From positions 62,001 to 126,000 of the forward strand of contig QPGO01000146.1 of the NCBI GenBank assembly GCA_008632985.1: 64,000 nucleotides of DNA. Direction: 5' to 3'. The position numbers were made by a program, and so were the translations under genes. Shown here piece by piece: positions 50,127 through 59,576 of this stretch (position 1 is its first letter; every line of letters starts with the position of its first letter). The DNA is from Psammoneis japonica. Taxonomy: Eukaryota. Under the pieces are notes generated by a model. That model saw only the letters and a list, made by a program, of their open reading frames with translations, ran no database searches and had not been told where the DNA came from.

Positions 50127-50400
50127 TGACAGAAATTGAAGGCAAATGGCAAGAACTCAAACAATGGCTCCTTGCTGCTGTCTAAATGGCAGATGAGTCT
50201 CCACTCAGAGACCGTTGCAGGAGCCGAAAGACGTGCAAGTCGGCACAACCGGGCTGCTGTCATCATTCTTGTGAGCCTTGTGGCTCAAAAGCAAACTGCA
50301 TCGCGCGCAAACACACGGAACTAAAGCACACAAAACCGTGCGCGGCAAACTGTGCAGTGTGCGACATTTCGCGCACCCAAATCCTGCTCAAATCCTGTCA
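50127..50400 (-). repeat. 3' LTR (274 bp)
   Basis: Matches 53699-53975; begins TG and ends CA. Confidence 0.9.
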
Positions 50401-50944
50401 CTCCCCAGTTTGCTTGAAGAGTCACAGAAACAGATTCAACTTTGGATTGACTAAAGAACTTTGGAGTCAAAGCACCAAAACATGAGGAGAAAAGAAAGGA
50501 TCAGGATCCTGGAGCAACGCTGCATTCTCCAAGTGGGTCATCTTGAGATGAGCTGCGTCTCCCCAATTGTAGATGCCGTTGTGCTTTTCAAAGCTCAAGG
50601 CACACTTGGGATCTTGTGGGATTCCACATCCGCACTTGCAATGGAAGGAGCAAAGCTTGGTCTGGTTGACAATGTTGAACGGCGGGGCAACATCGCAGGA
50701 CAATGCAAACAAGTTGACATCGCCTTCACTTCCTGAGCGAAGGTCGTAAAGACTGATGGCCGTCTGTTGGTTCTTGGAGTGGTTGCCACACTGGGTTGCT
50801 GCCAGAAAAACAGAGCAGTGCTCATGCAGGGTGGCATGGCATTTGCATGACTTGGGGAACAGAGCAAGCATGAGTTCAAAGGCACAAGCGGTGGTCTTGT
50901 GTTCCACCAATCCGATTGCAAGCTCAGCTGCATCTCCTGAGAGA

Positions 50945-51935
50945 CTGATCCAATTGGAGAAACGAGTCTCAAGGTGCAAGCCTTCGGGGATCGGATTGGA
51001 GCAAGACATCTTGTGGTGCAAGGCTGCAGATGTCTGATTGGGGCAACCAGTCCCGTGCTGCAAGACTTCTGGGATCCAAAAGGACTTGCCAGTCTTGTGA
51101 CACGAGTCTTCGGGGATCCAATCAGGAGGCCAAGTCTTGAGGTGCGAGACTTGGGGGATCCAATCAGGAGGCCGAGTCTCGTGGCGCAAGACTTGAGGGA
51201 TCCAATCCGGAGGCCGAGTCTTGAGGTATGAGACGTGGAGGATCCAATTGGGAGGCCCGGTCTCGAGGCACGAGACGTGGAGAGTCCAGTTGGGAGGCCT
51301 GGTCTCAAGGCACGAGACTTGGGGCATCCGATCAGGAGGCCCAGTCTCGATGTACGACACTTGGGGCATCCAATCAGGAGGCCCAGTCTCGAGGCACGAG
51401 ACTTGAGGCATCCAATCAGGAGGCCCAGTCTCGAGGTGCGAGACTTGGGACATCCAATCAGGAGACCTGGTCTCGAGGTACGAGACTTGGGGCATCCAAT
51501 CAGGAGGCCTGGTCTCGAGGTACGAGACTTGGGGGATCCAACCAGGAGGCCCAGTCTCAAGGCACGAGACTTGAGGCATCCAATCAGGAGGCCTGGTCTC
51601 GAGGTACAAGACTTGGGACATCCAATCAGGAGACCTGGTCTCGAGGTACGAGACTTGGGGCATCCAATCAGGAGGCCCAGTCTCAAGGCACGAGACTTGG
51701 GGGATCCAACCAGGAGGCCCAGTCTCGAGGCACGAGACTTGAGGCATCCAATCAGGAGGCCCAGTCTCGAGGCACGAGACTTGAGGCATCCAATCAGGAG
51801 CCGTGGTACGAGACTTGGGGCATCCGTCAGGAGGTGGCTCAAGGCACGAGACTGAGGCATCCAATCAGGAGGCCTGGTCTCGAGGTGCGAGACTTGAGGC
51901 ATCCAATCAGGAGGCCTGGTCTCGAGGTACGATGC
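50945..51935. repeat. Tandem array of roughly 23-24 units of 42 bp (14 codons, PPDWMPQVSxLETG on the minus strand)
   Basis: Unit ccaatcaggaggcccagtctcgaggYRcgagacttggggcat; homogeneous at about 51120-51930, degenerate toward 50945. Confidence 0.95.
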
Positions 51936-53683
51936 TTGGAGGATTCGAAGACAATGAAGCTGCTTGGATGTCCTGAACTCCCCATCTGATGAACCGGTTG
52001 AACTGTTGTGAACAGATTCAATGACGGGAAAAGGAGGCTCCCCATCAGGAGATGCGAGAAGCAAGTTGTCATCTCCATCACTTCCCAAACGAAGACTGTG
52101 AAGGGTGACAGTGGTCGACACGTGGAGGTTGGCAGCACGTGGTTTGCGGGGTGCAAAAACTGCAGCTTTGGAAGCCATGGGTGGAGTGTCCCAACTGGTC
52201 TCGAAGTGCGGGCCTGCGCAAGGGCTGCGGTCCTGCACTGGGCCGAGGTTGCTTGCAGGCAGGTTGGTCAAGACATGCGGGGCGCGACTGACACCACTTC
52301 TGGGGGACACCTGAGTGGTGGCACAGTGCAAGGCTGGTGTCAAAATGGCACTGGGTTCACCTGGTTTGGATGGCAAGGGACTCGGCACAGGTGCGGAGGG
52401 TGCTGCGCCAGTGGCCAGAGAGGTCAAGCAGTCCGGACCAAGGTGGCAGTTGCGAAATTCGTCGGGTGTGAGCAACTGGGGTTCATTGGTCACATCATCA
52501 CCATTGCAAACTTTGACAAAGTAGAAGCTGATCAAAGCTGCCAGGAGGTTTCTGTGGGTCCGTGGCAAAGGCACTGCATTGGCGCCGTCTCTGTGAGTGA
52601 GGGCGTCAATTTGGGTGGGTGAGAACGTGAACAATTCCTCACACGATTCAATCCCATTGATGGACAGGGCAGAACAAAGAGGGCTGTCATTGTCTTGATT
52701 GAGCACAGTGCCTAGAATGCATTTGAAGCTTTCGATTTGTTGCTGTTGCGTGAGAACCGTGACGGAGGACGGTGCAGCAGAAACAAAAGACAGGAGCCAA
52801 TCTAAAGCGCGATCTTGACTCGGAGTTTTGACTTGGAACTTGGCTTGAAAAAGACTTGACTTGAAATCTTGAACTATCTTAAAATCAGAAGTCGCCGGGC
52901 TGTGGTGTCCCGTTCGTTGTTGAGTGCTAAACTTCCCATCCGGTCCGCAGAGTTGTGCCGGCACGTCCGAACCCGAAACTGGCGGCGCTTTGGGTTGCTT
53001 GCGAGCGGAGCAGCGGGTTGTAAACCCCTGCAGGCAAGCTGACTGGAGGTGGACAAGACCCCCGAACCGTTCTTATTTTGTGTCGGTTGGATTTCCCGAT
53101 CAGGCTGGCCAGTTGACGCAGGCGTTGGGCGCTGTGGACGAACGAACAAACGCGGGAAAATACCCTTGCCCCAACGTAGGCTGCAGTCACGGCTGCTTGC
53201 TCTCACAGTCGTCCTCGTGGACCTAGCAGAATTGTAGAGCACCAGTAGTCTGGGGTAGATCAGGTACAATAGATTCGGCGTGCTTGTAGAGTGGCAGCAA
53301 AGCCGTGGTCCAAAGAGTGGGTTCAAGTTCTTGGCCGTGAAGATGTGTATATATATATGTCTTCAGCGACGTAGACCCTTGAATATGTAGGGTTCTTGAC
53401 CGTTAACCGTTGAATGCGTATATCAAGGGATGAGGATCAAGGATAGACTTGGATATAACCGTTGAATGTATGTCTCGAGCGATGAAAAGTAAGTATAATC
53501 AATCCAGACATGCAGCGGTAAGGAGACTTGACGGTGACGTTAAATTCCTGCCGATGCCTGGTATTGAATGCGCGTAGACTTGCCGATGTACGTAGAACAT
53601 ATACGGAGGTCCACGCAGAATTGAAATGGCGTCGTCGGTAAATCAACGACGACGATGGCGGTTGCTCAATGGGTTGACAATGA

Positions 53684-53698
53684 GCAAGACTGTTAATC
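53684..53698 (-). other. Candidate primer-binding site complementary to a tRNA-Asn(GUU) anticodon arm
   Basis: Plus strand GCAAGACTGTTAATC abuts the 5' LTR; GA-CTGTTAA-TC has the form of an anticodon loop with GTT; no TGG-type PBS present. Confidence 0.5.
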
Positions 53699-53975
53699 TG
53701 ACAGAAATTGAAGGCAAATGGCAAGAATTCAAACAACAACTCCTTGCTGCTGTCTAAATGGCAGATGAGTCTCCGCTCAGAGACCGTTGCAGGAGCCGAA
53801 AGACGTGCAAGTCGGCACAATCGGGCTGCTGTCATCATTCTTGTGAGCCTTGTGGCTCGAAAGCAAACTACATCGCGCGCGAACGCGCGGAACTAAAGCA
53901 CACAAAACTGTGCGCGGCAAACCAAATGGTGCGCGACATTTTTGTGCGCACCCAAATCCTGCTCAAATCCTGTCA
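53699..53975 (-). repeat. 5' LTR (277 bp)
   Basis: Matches 50127-50400; retains more CG and one more TA than the 3' LTR. Confidence 0.9.
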
Positions 53976-54845
53976 GAGGGCACGAAAGCGATTTGGTGAG
54001 AAACGGCAGTTTGATTTGGTGGTCGCTCAGCGAACGTTGTGGCGGGAGTTGGAAGCCCGGCCTTGCGCATTGTGGCCGCACGTCGAGTCTTGTAAGTCAT
54101 GGTGATGACACTTTTTTTTTGTCACGACGTTGACGACCGCCACGCCATGGTCTGTTTGGGCAGAGAGGTTGATTTCACTAAAAAAAACAGCACCTGCGTG
54201 ATTTCTGCGGCGTCCCCACCCATGGCAGCACTCACCATGTCAACAACAGCAGTTGGCTGGGCTGCTGACAAGGCCAGCACCACCTCAAAAGTCTCGCTCC
54301 TGACTTTGGCCCACAACATTGTGCCTGCCACACCTGTGCAGCTTGGCTAGAGCAGGATTCATTCGAGTTAGTTCGTTCGTTCGAGCAAGAGAGACATTCG
54401 TTCGTGCGAGTGGAGGTTTAGATGCATGGCCACCAGCTGCCGCCGGCCACCTGCACACAATCCGAACCCTGCCCTGTACCGGTATGATACGGTAGATAGA
54501 CACGACTTCAAAAAAAATAGAGAAAAGACACATACAATTCTTTTTGCACACAAAAATGTATGTGTGTTGTCATAAAAAAATGTGTCTTTTCTACAGTGTA
54601 AAGTAGTATCGGTACTCAACATTATGTCTGCCATTAATTGACTGTTGCTGGCAGGCGCGATTCGCGCCAAAAATGTCCCAGTAAAGACACGAATTTCGAC
54701 GCAGAACCATATCCATATCTCCAAAAAAGATTTTGTCCCAGTCCCGACATCACATCACATGTGAATTATTCGGCGAAATTGCGAAGCCTAAATCTCCATA
54801 TCATCACACAATCGCGGTCCATCATTGTAGAACGACGCTGCAGCA

Positions 54846-56803
54846 ATGAAGCTTTATCATCTTGGGCTGCTGCTTTTCTTCTTCAAGAGGACTTGTGGCA
54901 ATGAGCTACGCGGAAAGGATTCCCGTGAACTGTCCCCGGATCCTTTTGTGTGGCAACCCTATCAGTTCTTCGACTATTTCGTTGGATACGGTTCTCTTGG
55001 TCGTCGCGATCCTTCCGTGACTGTCCTTTGGAGGGCGACAGGTGATGGTTGCGAACTCTGTTGGGCGGAGTCGGGGGGATCCGCCACTTGTTCTACAGCG
55101 GTAGCCGGTCCTTTGGGAGCTGACCACTACCAACATCCCATCACTGGCCTCGCCTTCGACACGGAATATGAGTACACCGTGACTTGTTCGGGTACACCTC
55201 TCACTGGATCGTTCAAAACGCCTCCCGTGGAACCTACAGATTCCAGTCCCACTAGTTCCACCAAGGTCCTTGCTTACGGCGATTCTCGCTCTGATACTAC
55301 AAAGCACGACCTTATTGCTCAGCAGATGCTTTCTGGTGACTGGTATGGAGCCTTAATCCTTCACACCGGTGACCTTGTCAACAATGGTGAATGTATTGGT
55401 AATTGGGATGATGACATGATGAATCCGCTCTATCCAAACCTTAGAGAACTCATGAGCAACGCCTTTATGAATGCATGCCGTGGAAACCACGAGAACGGCA
55501 TTGATTGCGGAGCGCAAGCGCCATGGTACACGCTGTACGACAAGGTTTTTCCCTACCCGTTTGTAGACTTTACTACCAACGAGCCTGCGAGTGGTACCGA
55601 TACTCCAGGTGCGCTTTCCTTCTCGGGGGATTATGGCAACATTCATTACACCATTATCGATCAGTATACCGGGTCCAATGCAGCATATGACCGCACTTCC
55701 ACCTCATATGGCTACTGCGCCAATGACTATCCGACTTGCACTTTGTGTTCTCCCCACTACGAGTGGCTCAAACAGGACCTGATTGGCGCCAACAGCAGAG
55801 ACATCAGACCATTTCTCGTCGTTGTCATGCACGAGCCATTTTACGCCGTCGGAGGTGGCCATAGCAACGAGATCGAGCCATGCGTCGAAAAGCTGTTTGA
55901 AGAACACAGGGTAATATCGTGGTCCTCGCCGGGCACAACCACTACTATTCGCGTGCCGAAAAGAAGAATCCAAACGACCGAAACAAGAAAACGTACTACA
56001 TTACCACGGGCGGAGGTGGCTATTGCTGCTACACTCCCGATTTACCAGTCACCGATTGGCCTCACGTCCGCAAGGCCGTTAAGGCCAATCATTACAGTAG
56101 AATGGATTCACACACCTTTACTGATGATGGTCGTTACCTGTGCTTTGAGGCATTTGATATCAACGGCCAAATGATTGATTTCTTTGATTTTGGAACGCGT
56201 CCCGATGGTTACGGTCATTGCAAGTGCGAAACGGATCTTTCCTGTGACGACAGCCACTTTTGCAATGGAGCAGAATTGTGTGATGTTGCTAGCGGAGAAT
56301 GTATGGCGGGCAATTTTCCCTGTGCAGCCGGACAAGTCTGTACGGAAGGGAGTTCTGGGGGGCTTTGTGGTTGCGAGAGCATAAAGAACAAAGGAGATTG
56401 CGAGCAGATGTCGCCGTACTGTAGACCAAGGAATGGAAAAATCAAGTGTGAATCAACGGGCACTGATTTTCCGACTGGACCTGAGAACACGGATGACTTC
56501 TGCGGTGATTCGTTGGACAATGACTTTGACGGTCTGATTGATTGTGATGACCCTGATTGCAGTGCCACTGCAGTCTGTGGTGGCGATGGTGGTACTCCGT
56601 CTCCTACTTCAGCTCCATCCCAGGCGCCCACTGCAACGCCGACTACGACCCCAGCGCCCGATCCACCGTCTACTCCAGCTCCGACACCACCTACACCTAG
56701 TCCCGCTTGTTTGGGCTGGAAAGTCCAGTGTGATCCCGATGATGACATGTGCTGTGCGGGGTACACTTGTACAAGACAGGGAAATAAAGATGTGTGCAAG
56801 TAA
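54846..56803 (+). CDS. Secreted purple-acid-phosphatase-like metallophosphoesterase with Cys-rich and Pro/Thr-rich C-terminus; apparent 1-bp deletion near 55914
   Basis: YGDSRS, HTGDLV, RGNHE, MHEPFY, LAGHNHYYSR, YITTGGGG; CDDSHFCNGAELC and CGDSLDNDFDGLIDCDDPDC modules; signal peptide. Confidence 0.85.
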
Positions 56804-57205
56804 TAAGCACGGCGTACATAGTTAATTAAAAGCAGATATGCATCTTGTACGACTTCATTTCTATTGGTAGCTGTTGTTCCTTGTATGATATCTTGCTAGA
56901 TGGGCGACCGCAAGCCCCGCAGTCTGCCGTTGGATAGCCACTTCTGGGACGATGTTATAGGCCAGACAACGCAATGTGACATAAAAGCCTTTGGCATGGC
57001 AAATGAGATACAAACTTTGAGTCGTTAATTTACAAGAAGTAGAGACATTTCATGTTTGGTTTATATCTACAAGTTACGTTTGTTCTATGAGGGCGTGACA
57101 ACTGAGACTCTATCAATGCTGCAAATTCTGATGAACGTACCCCGTGAATTGCACTCTCTAAAGTAGACTAATACTAAGGCTTCATGATCTGAAGTACGTT
57201 CTGCA

Positions 57206-58039
57206 TTACGAACGCACCAGATCTTGAGTCTCAATTCCCGCCTCGGTGTCAGAGTCTCTGTTGTTTTGAGCATGTTCCCTACCTCCCCCACTGGGAAATG
57301 ACAAGTGAAACTCGTCCAATTGATTGATAAATAGAGCATGCATAAAGATTCGAGTCCAATCCGACACAAATCCAAAATCCCTAAATGCCTCCATCACGTG
57401 TTCCAACTGACCCCACTCGTCTTGGTTGCTTCTCGGGTTCAATGCAAAACCAAAAGCACATAGTATCTGAGAAATGATAAACCAGTATTCCACAATCATT
57501 AGAGATTGAGACATGATGGTGCCGCGTCCGGCGTGGTATCCTCCTCGAGTCGTCACAACATTGAACATTTGAAGAGTCTTTAGAACCGGGAGACAGCTCA
57601 CTGCATTTCCAAGTTTCCTCAGACACCAAAAATTGGGATGGACGGTCCTCACGAGTATGACAGCGGCAACGGATAGGAATGTTGAAACGTATAGAGGGGT
57701 CATAAGACTAGCTCCGGGTCGACCGCCAATGTTGATAATGGGAGCAAGCCATGTTTGAAGAATGTATGGAGTCAGAAAACAGAGAAAGGTGTGTCCAAAT
57801 TGCTGCAGAATACCCAAGGCATCGGCAAGGACACGAAACTGAAGTCGGATCTGACTATCTTTCAGAAGTAAACGAACAAGATTGACAACTAGTATCCCAA
57901 ACAAGAGCTTCTTGAACGGATACGAAAGCTTTCCACCTATTGCACAGGCGTTTCGGTCGACATGCTGTCGAGGAAGTAATGACACCGCCACAACTCCCCA
58001 GATCAATAGTCTTTTGCTTATCTCACTTGCAACAATCAT
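57206..58039 (-). CDS. Multi-pass membrane protein of unknown function; intact template of the copy at 45.1-46.5 kb
   Basis: 277-aa open ORF with several hydrophobic helices and normal TA and Tyr content. Confidence 0.7.
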   Translation of the reverse strand: MIVASEISKRLLIWGVVAVSLLPRQHVDRNACAIGGKLSYPFKKLLFGILVVNLVRLLLKDSQIRLQFRVLADALGILQQFGHTFLCFLTPYILQTWLAPIINIGGRPGASLMTPLYVSTFLSVAAVILVRTVHPNFWCLRKLGNAVSCLPVLKTLQMFNVVTTRGGYHAGRGTIMSQSLMIVEYWFIISQILCAFGFALNPRSNQDEWGQLEHVMEAFRDFGFVSDWTRIFMHALFINQLDEFHLSFPSGGGREHAQNNRDSDTEAGIETQDLVRS

Positions 58040-58486
58040 ATTCAGAAACTCTGCAATGCGAAATTTGCGAACGCGACGATGCGATCACTTCGCCGCGTGT
58101 GGTGAGTCGTGAAAAAAGCACGACTGATGGTCGCGCGATCGCTCTTGATCTCCTCATTCTCATCGCCAAGCAGATACAAAGCTGCGCTTTCAGAGTGATT
58201 TCGTGCCCATGACGACTCGGAGTCTACTCCTATTCTAAGTGAGTCAATAAGCCTGCCAAGCAGGATTTCGCCACATCACCAAAACAGCATCGGATGAGGA
58301 GGACATTCCATTGATCCGACAGCCTTGAGCAATGCATTACATCATCCCATTGTTTTTCTAGGACGTCAATGTTCCATAATCTTGTGATATAGATGACTGA
58401 AGGGCAGGAGATTAGAGTCACTTCTGTATCTCTTCTGCTGGTAGAGTGTGCGTTTGATTATTTGGTGCTTCGTCACACCACTGACA

Positions 58487-59323
58487 CTATTGATGACTCG
58501 CTGGCTTCTTCATTCGGTACTTTTCTGGATTGGACGTGTGCGGCAGTTTAGGACAGGGGACGCCATCTCCATCTCTATCCAATTTGGCAACATCCCCATA
58601 GTAGGGAACGTATTTCTCATAGTATGAAAGCGCATCTTCGTATGTCGCAAAATCCGAACATCCAACTGCGTCTCCTGGATTGTTCGGAATGACGGATACT
58701 GAATCTGTCATGATTTCTTCGAACTCTGCCACAAATTGGGGCTGGCCATCACTATCCCTGCATTGTTGAAAGATACCAAGTCCCTTTTGAACGGCTTGGT
58801 CCTGTAAGGCTTGCAGCGATCCCGTTGGCAATTCGTGTTCCGCCAAATTATTGTTTCTCACTTTGGCAAACCCCGCTCTTACTAATTGTTCATTGACCAC
58901 CATGTCATCTTTTACAAGGATAATAATTGCTTGTCCCTTTCCAACTAGCTGTACTTGTACCGGAGTTTTGGGAGGCAAGAGCTGCTTCAGTTTAAACTCC
59001 GGGGAATAGTTGAAACACGGAGGAAACTGGTAGCCAGAAGTTGCAGAAGGAGTCGTGACTCCTGCGAGTGATAAAATGCCACTGCGTTCCAACTTGATTG
59101 TGTTGGCATCCAGGACGCGGGCTACAACATCCTTTTGATAGTTGCTAGACGCAGCATCAGCGAGCCAAATTGATGCACCGCTTGTCAATGCCGAAGTACG
59201 AGAGACAGAAAGCGTTTCTGGTTGGACGGATACTTCGATCGAGACGAGACCATAAACTGTCTTTCTCACCGCCAGCAGGGGCACAACACAAGCTGTCAAT
59301 CTTATTGAACGTCGCAAGCCCAT
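58487..59323 (-). CDS. Staphylococcal-nuclease-like OB fold plus C-terminal Excalibur Ca-binding domain
   Basis: VARVLDANTIKL...LSLAGVTTP, VNEQLVRAGFA, AVQKGLGIF; CSDFATYEDALSYY...LDRDGDGVPC. Confidence 0.75.
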   Translation of the reverse strand: MGLRRSIRLTACVVPLLAVRKTVYGLVSIEVSVQPETLSVSRTSALTSGASIWLADAASSNYQKDVVARVLDANTIKLERSGILSLAGVTTPSATSGYQFPPCFNYSPEFKLKQLLPPKTPVQVQLVGKGQAIIILVKDDMVVNEQLVRAGFAKVRNNNLAEHELPTGSLQALQDQAVQKGLGIFQQCRDSDGQPQFVAEFEEIMTDSVSVIPNNPGDAVGCSDFATYEDALSYYEKYVPYYGDVAKLDRDGDGVPCPKLPHTSNPEKYRMKKPASHQ

Positions 59324-59576
59324 GGTCAGCAATCTGAAAACGTTTTCAGTTTTTGATAGCTGTCGAAAAAATGAGGTGGCGTCGGGCGTCGGCGTTCGCG
59401 CGACATCGCGCGAAACTTAAACCAGCAGTTTGATGACCACGTTCAGATGTGAAGGTGCGTGGAAATGGAAACAAACTAAATCTCAAACCTGTGAATCGAG
59501 TAGAGACATTCTATCTTTGGCTCATCTACAAGCAAAGTTCTTGCAAAGGTGCGAAAAACTAGCAATCGACGCAATC

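Larger units (their letters stand above)
50127..53975 (-). mobile_element. Non-autonomous Ty1/copia (CoDi-like) LTR retrotransposon with GAGGG target-site duplication
   Basis: Direct repeats 50127-50400 and 53699-53975 with TGACAG...CTGTCA ends; GAGGG at 50122-50126 and 53976-53980; purine tract GGGGAG on the minus strand next to the left (3') LTR; Gag-like N-terminus (FKCILGTVLNQDNDSPLCSAL) and pre-RT remnant (VNQTKLCSF..CKCGCGIP...NG..NWGDA); no RT, RNase H or integrase core seen. Confidence 0.9.
44030..54475. other. TpA-depleted hypermutated domain D (mosaic of gene copies plus an LTR element), with an unedited island at about 53160-53650
   Basis: TA is nearly absent over about 10 kb, apart from YTAR and GTAGA survivors, some array units and the island. 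Confidence 0.9.

Noticed and set aside
50945..51935. CRISPR-like appearance of the 42-bp palindromic array
   Set aside because: Units are contiguous with no unique spacers, no cas genes are present, and the array lies inside a eukaryotic LTR element.
50467..52964. 789-aa and 465-aa repeat ORFs as functional repeat proteins
   Set aside because: The 42-bp unit is stop-free in several frames on both strands; there is no evidence for which frame, if any, is translated.
53684..53700. A tRNA-Asn gene
   Set aside because: Only an anticodon-arm-like 15-mer is present, with no acceptor, D or T arms; treated as a candidate PBS.
4550..54475. Classical RIP or plain CpG deamination as the explanation of the deserts
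   Set aside because: RIP raises TpA, and CpG decay does not remove TA. Loss of conserved Tyr codons shows the direction is TA to TG/CA.
58487..59323. SNase-Excalibur protein as the enzyme behind the hypermutation
   Set aside because: No deaminase or polymerase motif, and the nuclease active-site motif looks degenerate (DANT). No gene in this window is a credible candidate for the mutator.
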